Assembly (NCBI GenBank): GCA_031399025.1
Contig: JANNOJ010000015.1
Coordinates: 36,306 to 100,305, forward strand
Reading direction: 5' to 3'
Length of the DNA stretch: 64,000 nucleotides
Source: Erythrobacteraceae bacterium
Lineage (GTDB): Bacteria; Pseudomonadota; Alphaproteobacteria; Sphingomonadales; Sphingomonadaceae
The notes under the pieces are model-generated. The model was not told the origin of the DNA. It did not search any database and saw nothing but the letters and a program-made list of their open reading frames with translations. Shown here one piece after another: positions 52,981 to 64,000 of the stretch (the first letter of the stretch is position 1; the number at the start of each line of letters is the position of its first letter). Position numbers and translations under genes: made by a program.

Positions 52981-53247
52981 ATGGAATGGATTATCGCGAT
53001 AATCGTGGGGGGCATCATCGGCTGGATCGCCAGCATGATTATGGGCCGGGATGCCTCGATGGGCATCTTCTGGAACATCGTCGTCGGCATCGTGGGCGCG
53101 CTGCTCGGCGGGTGGCTGGGCACGATGCTGTTCGGCATCGATTCCACGCTCTCGGACTTCAACCTGCCCGGGCTGCTGATGTCGCTCTTGGGTGCGGTGC
53201 TCTTGCTGGGCATCCTGAACCTGATTCAGCGCGGCCGCGTTCGCTGA
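52981..53247 (+). CDS. GlsB/YeaQ/YmgE-family stress-response membrane protein
   Basis: 88 aa. MEWIIAIIVGGIIGWIASMIMG...[29 protein letters not shown]. Confidence 0.85.
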   Translation: MEWIIAIIVGGIIGWIASMIMGRDASMGIFWNIVVGIVGALLGGWLGTMLFGIDSTLSDFNLPGLLMSLLGAVLLLGILNLIQRGRVR

Positions 53248-53299
53248 ACAGACGATCCTTCGCGCGGGTGCGCTGACAATTTGATACAAACATCATGCA

Positions 53300-53330
53300 G
53301 CGCGATCAGCCAGGCTGGTCGCGCTTTTTT
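53300..53330 (+). terminator. rho-independent terminator downstream of the glsB-like gene
   Basis: GCGCGATCAG / CTGGTCGCGC 10-bp stem (one G-U pair), CCAGG loop, followed by TTTTTT. Confidence 0.75.
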
Positions 53331-53514
53331 CGCGGATTTCCGGGGAAATGCGGGCGATCGACCGCTAGCGCGGCTTTGCCGAGCCATGCGTTGCGATACA
53401 GCGCCGCAACGGCTATTGCACCAATGCCTCCTGTAGGCGGTATCGCCTTGGGAACGCTCGGCATGGCATGATAGGAGACTTCCTCATGCCAGCGACAAAG
53501 GGCAGAATGCGCGC

Positions 53515-54732
53515 ATGAACTACGAAGCGAAGATGGATGTGATCGCCGCTCCCGCGCAGGCACGGGCTCACCCTTCGGCCGTGCTCGGTATCGAAGCGGT
53601 CGATCCCGAGCAGCGCGCGCGCCGTCGCCAGCGGCTGATCATCGCCGCGGTCGTCGCCGTGGTCCTGCTGGCGGTCGCCGGCTATATGCTGTCGCAGGGA
53701 AGCGGTGAGGCAGCCTTCGCGCCCGACGAGAACGCGACCGCGCCCGCGGTTACGGTGATCTCGCCGGGGCGCGCGACGGTCGCCGGGCTCATCAACGCCA
53801 CCGGCACCCTGGCCGCCCGTCGCGAGATGCCCGTGGGCGTGGTCGGCGAGGGCGGGCGGATCGTTTCCGTGCTCGTCGAGGCGGGCGATTGGGTCGGTGC
53901 CGGGGAGGTGCTGGCGGTGATCGATCGCTCGGTGCAGAACCAGGAGGTCGAAGGCCAGGCGGCGCAGATCGAGATCGCCCAGGCCGATCTCGATCTCGCC
54001 CAGGCCAATCTCGACCGCGCGCTGCAACTGGTCGACCGTGGGTTCATCTCCACCGCCGATGTCGACAGCCTCACCGCCACCCGCGACGCCGCGCGCAGCA
54101 GCGTGCGGCTCGCCCAGGCGCAATATCGCGAGCTGATCGCGCGCAATGACCGGCTCAACATCATCGCCCCCGCCGCGGGCCTGGTGCTCGAACGCAACGT
54201 CGAGCCCGGCCAGGTGGTCGGTTCGGGCTCGGGCGTCTTGTTCTCGATCGCCCGCGGCGGCGAGATGGAATTGCTCGCCCGCGTGAGCGAGGACGATCTC
54301 GCCCAGCTCGACGTGGGTTCCACCGCCCGCATCACGCCGGTGGGCACCGACAAGCAGTTCACCGGGCAGATCTGGCAGTTGTCGCCAATCATCAACGAGG
54401 CCGACCGCCAGGGCACCGCGCGCATCGCGCTCGCTTATGCCCCCGAACTGCGCCCCGGCGGGTTCGCCTCGGCCGAGATCAACAGCGGCTCGGTGGTCGC
54501 CCCCCGGCTGCCCGAGAGCGCCATCATGTCCGACGATGACGGCAGCTACGTCTACACGGTCGATCGCGAGAACAAGGTCGTCCGCCGCCGGGTGGAGCTT
54601 GGCATGGTGAGCGACGAGGGCATCGCCATCATCTCGGGCCTCGATGGCACCGAGCCGATCGTGGCGCGCGCCGGCGGCTTCCTGACCGAGGGCGAGACCG
54701 TGCGCCCGGTTCGCGAGGGGCGCGGCAATTGA
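53515..54732 (+). CDS. RND efflux periplasmic adaptor (membrane fusion protein)
   Basis: 405 aa. TM anchor, barrel-sandwich/hairpin pattern (VSVLVEAGDWVGAGEVLAVID...QIEIAQADLDLAQANLDRA...IIAPAAGLVLERNVEPGQVV). Confidence 0.85.
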   Translation: MNYEAKMDVIAAPAQARAHPSAVLGIEAVDPEQRARRRQRLIIAAVVAVVLLAVAGYMLSQGSGEAAFAPDENATAPAVTVISPGRATVAGLINATGTLAARREMPVGVVGEGGRIVSVLVEAGDWVGAGEVLAVIDRSVQNQEVEGQAAQIEIAQADLDLAQANLDRALQLVDRGFISTADVDSLTATRDAARSSVRLAQAQYRELIARNDRLNIIAPAAGLVLERNVEPGQVVGSGSGVLFSIARGGEMELLARVSEDDLAQLDVGSTARITPVGTDKQFTGQIWQLSPIINEADRQGTARIALAYAPELRPGGFASAEINSGSVVAPRLPESAIMSDDDGSYVYTVDRENKVVRRRVELGMVSDEGIAIISGLDGTEPIVARAGGFLTEGETVRPVREGRGN

Positions 54733-54745
54733 CCGCGATCCGGCC

Positions 54746-57700
54746 ATGAGCTTCCGCAACATCTCCGCCTGGGCGATCCGCAACCCGATCGTCCCCATAC
54801 TCGCCTTCATCGGCCTGGTCATGGCCGGGATGATGAGCTTTGCCGAGATGGAGGTGCAGAACAATCCGGACATCGAATTTCCGGTGGTCAACGTCAGCAT
54901 TTCGCAGCCCGGCGCCGCGCCGACCGAGGTGGAGAACCAGATCAGCCAGCGGGTGGAGGCGGCGGTTCAGTCGCTGGACGGGGTCGAGACGATCCAGACG
55001 ACCGCATCCGAGGGCAGCTCGCTCACCAGCATCGAGTTTGAACTGGGCACCGACATCGCCGAGGCGGTGAACGAGGTGAAAAATCAGGTCGACCAGATCC
55101 GCGGCGAGCTGCCCGAGGGTATTCTCGAGCCGAGCATAACCAAGCAGCAGACCAGCGCCGATCCCATCGTCTTCTTCGGCGTCACCGCCGACGACATGAC
55201 CATCGAGCAGCTGTCGTGGTTTATCGACGACACCATCACCAAGCGCCTGCTGTCGGTGGATGGCCTGGCCGAAGTCGGGCGCAATGGCGGCGTCGACCGC
55301 GAGATCCTGGTGATCCTCGATCCGGCCAAGATGCAGGCGCTCGGCGTCACCGCGTCGCAGGTCAACACCGCGCTGCGCCAGCTGAACGTCAATGCCGCCG
55401 GCGGGCAGGCCGAGATCGCCGGTTCGCGCCAGTCGGTTCGCGTGCTCGGCAACGCCGCCAACGCCTACGAATTGTCGCAGAGCCAGGTCGACATTGGCAA
55501 CGGGCGCTCGGTCAAGCTGGCCGACCTGGGCAGCGTGAGCGACAGCTACGGCGAACTTCGCTCGATCGCCAAGATCGACGGCAAGCAGGTGGTCACCTTC
55601 TCGATCAGCCGCGCGCGGGGCGAATCCGACGTGGCGGTGTACGATGCCGCGGTCGAGGTGCTCGAGCAAATCGAAGAAGAGAACCCGGGCATCACCTTCA
55701 CCCGGCTGTTCACCGAGGTGGATTACACCAAGGCGCAGTACGAAAGCAGCATGGCGGCGATGATCGAGGGCGCCATCCTGGCGGTCATCGTCGTGTTCCT
55801 GTTCCTGCGCGACTGGCGCGCGACGGTCATCGCCGCGCTCGCGATCCCGCTCTCGGCGATCCCCACCTTCTGGTTCATGGACATGCTGGGTTTCACGCTC
55901 AACACGCTCTCGCTGTTGGCGTTGGGGCTGGTGGCCGGCGTGCTGGTGGACGATGCGATCGTGGACATCTAGACCATCGTGCGCCACATGCGCTTGGGCA
56001 AATCGGCCTATCAGGCGACCCTCGCCGCCGCCGACGAGATCGGCCTCGCCGTGGTCGCCACCACCTTCTCGATCGTGGCGGTGTTCCTGCCGGTGGGCCT
56101 GATGCCCGGCGTCTCGGGCCAGTTCTTCAAGAATTTCGGCCTCACGGTCGTCGTCTCGGTGCTGATGTCGCTCGGGGTGGCGCGGCTCATCACGCCGATG
56201 ATCGCCGCCTATTTCCTCAAGGCCAAGGGTACTCAGGCCCACGGCGAGGGCGCGATCATGGACTGGTACATGCGCGTGTTGCGCTGGTCGCTCGATGCGC
56301 GCGCCTTCCGCGAAATGCGCGCCCGCCTGGGGTATGTTCCCACCAGCCCCTGGTTCCATCTCGCGGCGCTCGCCGTCGGGCTGGCCGTGGTCGCCGGGAT
56401 CAGCGCCCTGCTAGGCTCCGGCGCCAACATTTTTGCCGGGGCGGGGCCGGGCTGGATCCTCCTGATGCTCCTCGCCGGATACCTGGTGGGCGGGCTGGTC
56501 AACTTCATCTTCGGTCTGCTGCTGGGCCGCTTCATCGGCTACGAGACCAGCCTCTTCACCCGGCGTGCGCGATATCTGGGCGCTCGCTTCCTCGACCATC
56601 GCGTCTGGATGATGCTGACCGGCGTCGTCGCGCTGGGCCTGACGATCGTGCTGTTCGTCAACCTGCCGCAGCAGTTCTTCCCCGACGAGGACAGCGACTT
56701 CTCGCGCATCACCGTCGAGATGGTCCCGGGCACCACGCTCGAGCAGACCGAGGCGGTGATCGACCAAATCGCCGCGCGGATGAGAGAGGAGCAGGAGGTC
56801 GCGCTTGCGCTGGGCGTCGCTCGCGAAGGCTCGGGCGTGATCCGCCTCGTGCTCAAATCCGACCGGGAACGCCCCAGCACCGAGTTCGAAGAGGAGCTCA
56901 CCCCGGTCCTGCAGACCTTCCCCGACGCGCGGGTCAATTTCGAGAACCAGCAGGGCGGCGGTGGTGGCACGGGCCGGGCGATCTCGATCATGTTGGCGGG
57001 TTCCGACCCGACGCAGCTCAACCGCACCGCCCAGATCCTGGTCGAACAGATGCAAAGCGTGCGCGGCGCGATCGCCCCGCGCATCGACTACGACCTGCAG
57101 CGGCCCGAACTGATCATCCGACCACGCGAAGATCTCGCGGCGCAACTGGGCGTGACCACCCAATCGCTGAGCCAGGCGATCCGCATCGCCACGTTGGGCG
57201 ACATCGACGAGAACGCGGCCAAGTTCTCCCTTTCCGACCGGCAGATTCCCATCCGCGTGCGCCTCGCCGAGAATGAGCGGCGCAATGTGGAGACGATCCG
57301 CAACCTGCCCGTCACCACCGCCGATGGGGGGTCGGTGCCGCTCGACCGGGTGGCCGAGATCTCCTTCGGCCAAGGCCCGACCGAGATCGAGCGTTACAAC
57401 CAATCGCGGCGGGTCTTCATCGGCGTCGACCTGGCGCCGGGTGTCGCGCGCGGCGACGTGCTCAACGCCATCAATGCGCTGCCGATCATGGGCGACCTGC
57501 CCGCGGGCGTCAGCAACGAGCCGGTGGGCGCCGACGAATGGCAGGGCGAGCTCGTCGGCAGCTTCATCATCGCGCTGGTGACCGGCATCCTGCTGGTGTT
57601 CTCGGTGCTGGTGCTGCTCTACCGGCGGTTCGTCTCGCCGCTGGTCAACATGGCTTCGCTCGCGCTCGCGCCGCTGGGCGGCTTGCTCGCGCTGTATGTC

Positions 57701-58168
57701 GCCGGCTACCTCAAGACCGGCCAGCCCGAGCCGGTCTCGATGCCCGTGTTCATCGGCCTGCTGATGCTGCTGGGGATCGTCGGCAAGAACTCGATCCTGC
57801 TGATCGACTTCGCGCTCGAGGAGATGGAGACCGGCAAGCGCAAGCGCGACGCCATCCTCGAAGCGGGCCACAAGCGCGCTCAGCCGATCGTCATGACGAC
57901 GATCGCCATGATCGCCGGCATGATACCCACCGCGCTCTCGCTCGGCGGCGATTCGGCCTGGCGCGCGCCGATGGGCACGGTCGTGATCGGTGGCCTGATG
58001 CTGTCGACCGTGCTGACGCTGCTGATCGTGCCCGCGGGCTTCAGCCTGGCCGACGGGATGGAGAAGAAGCTGGGCCCCTGGCTGCGCGACCGGTTCCTGA
58101 CCTACCGTCCGGGCGACGAGCGGAAGGGGGGGCATCGCCCCGCGCCGGAGCTGCAGCCCGCTGAGTGA
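54746..58168 (+). pseudogene. RND (AcrB/HAE1-type) efflux permease interrupted by one in-frame TAG at 55970-55972
   Basis: ORFs 54746-55972 and 55979-58168 are in the same frame. Together they form a colinear ~1140-aa RND permease. The stop sits in the conserved TM4-proximal motif: LVDDAIVDI(TAG)[15 protein letters not shown]. Confidence 0.8.
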
Positions 58169-58199
58169 GGCGCCCTGCTCTCCCCGCACGCCGGCTCTT

Positions 58200-59504
58200 A
58201 TGGCGCGCGACCTGCCCCGCCTGATCCCTCCCGCTAGCTCGGGCGGTGAGCCGTTCACCGGTGATCGCGCGCGCCGCATGCGCCTGGCCGCCACCGCCCT
58301 GCTGGTGGCGATGGCCGGCCTGTTCACGCTCGCTCTGGCGATGGAGGAGGAGCACCCGGCCTGGGGCTTCGTCCTCGCCTTCGCCGAGGCGGCGATGGTG
58401 GGCGGTCTGGCCGATTGGTTCGCGGTGACCGCACTGTTCCGCCATCCGCTCGGCATTCCCATTCCGCATACCGCGATCATCCCCACCAAGAAGGACCGCA
58501 TCGCCGACATGATGGGGGACTTCCTGCAGCGCCATTTCCTGACGCCGGCGGTGGTCTCGCGGCGGTTGCGCGACACCAATCTGGCGCGCACAGCGGGCGA
58601 TTACCTGGCGCAGAGCAGCGGAAGCGGCGAGGGTCGCATCCGGGCCGGCGCGGCCAATCTGCTGGTCGAGCTGCTCCAGTCGCTCGACCCGGAACGGCTG
58701 GGTGTCCGGGTCAAGGCGGGCCTTGGCCAGCTGGTGGCGCGCATCGAGCTGTCGCCGCTGCTCGGCCAGATGCTCTCCGCCGCGATCGCCGATGGCCGCC
58801 ACCGCCCGCTGGTCGATGGCTTCATCCGCTGGGCGGGCCTGGCGCTCGAGGACAACGAGGAGCTAGTCCAGCGCATGGTCCAGCGCCGGGCCAACGCGCT
58901 CCTGCGCTGGACCGGGCTCGACCAGCGGCTGTCGAGCTCGGTGCTCGACGGGCTCTACCGCCTGCTGGCCGAGATCCTCGTCGAGCCCGCGCATCCGGTG
59001 CGGCTCAAGGTCGACGAGGGGCTGGCCAAGCTGGCGCACGACCTGCAGCACGACCCGGCCATGCGCGCGAAGGTCGAGCGGATGAAGAACGACCTGCTAG
59101 CCAACCCGGCGCTCGGCAGCTGGTGGATGGGGGTCTGGGAACGGCTTCGGCACGGGCTGATCGAGCTGGCGCGCGGCGGAGCGCAGGGGGGAGCCGCGGG
59201 CGGCGCGCTGGGTGGCCAGCTGCACGCCAGCCTGGCCGAGCTGGGCGAGAGCCTGCGCCGCGATCCGGTGCTCCAGGCGCAGGTCAACCGCTTCGCCCGG
59301 CGCACGATCGTGGGCGTGGCCAGCCGCTACGGCGAGCAGATCGTCCGCCTGGTCTCCGACACGGTCAAGCGCTGGGACGCGACCACCATCACCGACCGGA
59401 TGGAGCACGCGGTCGGCCGCGACCTGCAGTTCATCCGCATCAACGGCACGCTGGTGGGCGGGCTCGTCGGGGTGACGATCCACCTGGTGACGCTGTTGGT
59501 CTGA
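58200..59504 (+). CDS. DUF445-family membrane protein
   Basis: 434 aa. GGLADWFAVTALFRHPLGIPIPHTAIIPTKKDRIADMMGDFLQRHFL and C-terminal DLQFIRINGTLVGGLVG are typical of DUF445 (YjiN-like). Confidence 0.72.
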   Translation: MARDLPRLIPPASSGGEPFTGDRARRMRLAATALLVAMAGLFTLALAMEEEHPAWGFVLAFAEAAMVGGLADWFAVTALFRHPLGIPIPHTAIIPTKKDRIADMMGDFLQRHFLTPAVVSRRLRDTNLARTAGDYLAQSSGSGEGRIRAGAANLLVELLQSLDPERLGVRVKAGLGQLVARIELSPLLGQMLSAAIADGRHRPLVDGFIRWAGLALEDNEELVQRMVQRRANALLRWTGLDQRLSSSVLDGLYRLLAEILVEPAHPVRLKVDEGLAKLAHDLQHDPAMRAKVERMKNDLLANPALGSWWMGVWERLRHGLIELARGGAQGGAAGGALGGQLHASLAELGESLRRDPVLQAQVNRFARRTIVGVASRYGEQIVRLVSDTVKRWDATTITDRMEHAVGRDLQFIRINGTLVGGLVGVTIHLVTLLV

Positions 59505-59700
59505 GGCGCCCCGGAAGCGAGACCGGAACTTGCCCGTCATCGGCCATTCGACCGGCGCCGGGGAGCCCTTCCAGGACCCAAGGCGTCCTGGCTGAGCCCG
59601 CAGGAGGTGGGCGTGAAAAGGCACCGCCCTGCGCCAACGTGGCGGCGTTCTTCGACAGGCTCAGGACGCTCGGGAGTTGGCGAACAGCGGGCCGCTCCGC

Positions 59701-60711
59701 CTACCTGCGCCCCAGCGCCGCCTCGCTCTGTGCCATCAGCCGCGCGATGATCGCCGCCGCCGGCTCCTCCTCGCGCACCATGCCGACCGACTGCCCCGCC
59801 ATCAGCGAGCCGTTCTCGACATCGCCGTCGATGACCGCGCGGCGCAGCGCACCGGCCCAGTAGTGCTCGATCTGCAGCTGCGCCTCGGCCATCTCGAGCG
59901 TGCCAGTGTCGAGTACGCCCGCCACCTCGCGCTGCTTGGCGGTGAACAGCTCGGTGCCCTTGTTGCGCAGCGCGCGCACCGGGATCACCGGCAGGCGCGC
60001 ATCCAGCTGCACGCTCGCCACCGCGTCGCGCGCATGGGCGCGGAAGAAGGCCTGCTTGAACGCCGGGTGGGCGATGCTCTCGGTCGCGCAGGCAAAGCGG
60101 GTGCCCAGCTGCACCCCGGCCGCGCCCATCTCCAGGTAGCCGGCGATCGCCTCGCCGCGGCCGATCCCGCCGGCGACGAACACCAGGTGATCGGCGCTGA
60201 GTTCGGGCAGGAACTCCTGCGCCAGCACACTGGTGGAGACAGGGCCGATGTGACCGCCCGCCTCCATTCCCTCGATCACCATCGCATCCGCGCCGCTGCG
60301 CAGCAGCTTTCGTGCCAGCGCCAAGGTGGGCGCAAAGACGATCACCTTGGCGCCGAAGCCCTTGATCGCCTCCACGCTGCCCTTGGGCGGGATACCGCCC
60401 GCCAGCACCACGTGCCCCACTTGATGGCGCCGGCACACTGCAATGAGGTCCATCAGCATCGGATGCATGGTGATGAGGTTCACCCCGAACGGCCGCTGCG
60501 TCAGCGCTCGGGTCGCGCCGATCTCGGCATCGAGCAGCCCGGGGGTCATCGCCCCACAGGCGATCACCCCGAAGCCGCCGCCATTGCTGATCGCGGCCAC
60601 CAGGTTGCGCTCGGACACCCAGCTCATCGCCCCGCACATGATGGCGTGCTCGCTGCCAAGGAAGGCGGAACCACGACGCATGAGGGCGGTGGTGCGGGGA
60701 TAGTGGCTCAT
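59701..60711 (-). CDS. nitronate monooxygenase / NAD(P)H-dependent flavin oxidoreductase family protein
   Basis: FMN TIM-barrel pattern IMCGAMSWVS...NGGGFGVI...FGVNLI...VIEGMEAGGHIG...FVAGGIGRGE...GAAGVQLGTRF. Alternative start at 60681. Confidence 0.8.
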   Translation of the reverse strand: MSHYPRTTALMRRGSAFLGSEHAIMCGAMSWVSERNLVAAISNGGGFGVIACGAMTPGLLDAEIGATRALTQRPFGVNLITMHPMLMDLIAVCRRHQVGHVVLAGGIPPKGSVEAIKGFGAKVIVFAPTLALARKLLRSGADAMVIEGMEAGGHIGPVSTSVLAQEFLPELSADHLVFVAGGIGRGEAIAGYLEMGAAGVQLGTRFACATESIAHPAFKQAFFRAHARDAVASVQLDARLPVIPVRALRNKGTELFTAKQREVAGVLDTGTLEMAEAQLQIEHYWAGALRRAVIDGDVENGSLMAGQSVGMVREEEPAAAIIARLMAQSEAALGRR

Positions 60712-60917
60712 CCCGGCCGGCGTTAGGCCGCGCTCGCCCCTGGGGCAAGCTGCGCCTCGGCAACACGGCGGACACTTGGCGGATCGATCCGTCACGCCGC
60801 TCGGCTGATCGCTTTTGCCGCTCATGCTGACGAAGACTAATCGTTTACCCCGCTGCCCCGGTGCATCTAGAACCCTAGGCATGAGCGAAGTGTCCCCCCG
60901 GGGACCGGCTGGTTTGA

Positions 60918-63164
<2,247 letters not shown>

Positions 63165-63213
63165 CCATGGCGGGTGGGCGCGCCAGCTTGGCTTGCCCGT
63201 TCACAGTTGACTT

Positions 63214-63254
63214 GCCCCCGCGCCTTACCCCTTCGGCGCGGGGGCCTCTTTTGC
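63214..63254 (+). terminator. rho-independent terminator after katG
   Basis: Perfect 11-bp stem GCCCCCGCGCC / GGCGCGGGGGC, 10-nt loop, followed by CTCTTTTGC. Confidence 0.7.
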
Positions 63255-63281
63255 TCGGCGAGGCGAGCCGTGGGCGACGGC

Positions 63282-64000
63282 TCAGGCCGCCTCCTCGCCG
63301 ATCTCGTCCGGTGCATCCAGGCCATAGGCGGTGTGCAGCAGGCGGACCGCGAGTTCGGTCTCGTCCTCGTCGATCAGCACGCTCACCTTGATCTCGCTGG
63401 TCGAGATCGCCTGCACGTTGATGCCGCGATCGCCGAGCGCCTTGAACATGGCGGCGGCCACGCCCGCATGGCTCTTCATCCCCATGCCGACCACGCTGAC
63501 CTTGGCGACCCGCGCATCGGTGATGATGCGGTTGAAGCCGATCTTGTCGCGCTTGTCCTCCAGCAGCGCCTGCGCCCGCGCGAGTTCGGCCTGGGGCACG
63601 GTGAAGGTGACGTCGGTCTCGCCCTTGTCGCGGCCCACGTTCTGAATGATCATATCGACATTGATGCCCGCCTGGCCCAGCGGCACGAAGATCTCGGCCA
63701 CCGCGCCGGGCCGGTCGGGCACCCGGGTGAGGACCACGCGGGCTTCGTTCTTGTCGTGCGCGATGCCGGTCACTGTCTGGCGTTCCACGGGCAATTCCTT
63801 GAGCTGGCGGTCCATTTCCTCGTCCGAGACGATCATCGTGCCGGGCAGCGTATCGGCCGGCGGGGCATCGGCATCGACGAAGGAGGAGAGCACTTGCACC
63901 CGCACCCCGCGCTTCATGGCGAGGCTCACCGAGCGCGTTTGCAGCACCTTGGCGCCCACTGAAGCAAGCTCCAGCATCTCCTCGTAAGTGACGTGTTTGA
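63282..64000 (-). CDS. lysC: aspartate kinase, C-terminal part (ACT domains); continues beyond the right edge
   Basis: ...MLELASVGAKVLQTRSVSLAMKRGVRVQVLSSF...VTGIAHDKNEARV...AKVSVVGMGMKSHAGVAAAMFKALGDRGINVQAISTSEIKVSVLI. The frame stays open to position 64000. Confidence 0.9.
   Translation of the reverse strand, partial: KHVTYEEMLELASVGAKVLQTRSVSLAMKRGVRVQVLSSFVDADAPPADTLPGTMIVSDEEMDRQLKELPVERQTVTGIAHDKNEARVVLTRVPDRPGAVAEIFVPLGQAGINVDMIIQNVGRDKGETDVTFTVPQAELARAQALLEDKRDKIGFNRIITDARVAKVSVVGMGMKSHAGVAAAMFKALGDRGINVQAISTSEIKVSVLIDEDETELAVRLLHTAYGLDAPDEIGEEAA

Overview
64-kb chromosomal segment from a high-GC alphaproteobacterium. Gene content, the TonB-dependent receptor and UrcA genes, and a PELVEG/FDKLRVSG-type palindromic repeat suggest Sphingomonadales (inference). 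I support about 55 CDS. I saw no rRNA, tRNA or CRISPR. The many long ORFs antisense to real genes are high-GC artefacts. Layout: (1) 1-9.4 kb is a sugar and sugar-acid locus: enolase-superfamily gene, truncated FAH, SDR, IclR, MFS-like, mutarotase, GH59, and a Tat-signal GH35 beta-galactosidase. (2) 9.6-10.4 kb is a decayed IS5-family element. (3) 10.6-17.4 kb holds a LuxR regulator with a dead receiver domain, the conserved orphan operon cpATP-grasp / alpha-E / transglutaminase-like / Anbu proteasome homolog, and an alpha/beta hydrolase. (4) 17.5-38.3 kb is mostly housekeeping: uvrB, a higBA insertion, a DsbD-family gene, a UbiH-family gene, hemC-hemD plus a Mic60-like gene, tsaD, gpsA, a flippase, an OmpA-like gene, a CheY-like gene, gcdH, a TonB-like gene, acs and PAP2. 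(5) 38.3-38.6 kb is a second short IS relic. (6) 38.9-52.7 kb looks accessory. It has three periplasmic flavoprotein + cytochrome c pairs, two signal-peptide RidA homologs, a TonB-dependent receptor, a 29 percent GC island, a UrcA-like gene and a hybrid two-component system. (7) 53-64 kb holds glsB-like, an RND efflux pair whose permease carries an in-frame TAG, DUF445, nitronate monooxygenase, katG and partial lysC. Best candidate for an undescribed system: the 38.9-47.1 kb module. It combines a TonB-dependent receptor, periplasmic RidA homologs, Tat-exported flavin amine oxidase-family enzymes and dedicated c-type cytochromes. I read it as a periplasmic, respiratory-chain-coupled oxidative deamination pathway. 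A circularly permuted DAAO-like protein + cytochrome c pair at 51-52.7 kb fits the same idea. Other notable items: an in-frame palindromic repeat inside essential tsaD, and the function-unknown Anbu operon interrupted by about 0.94 kb of decayed sequence. All calls come from reading the translations; no database search was run.
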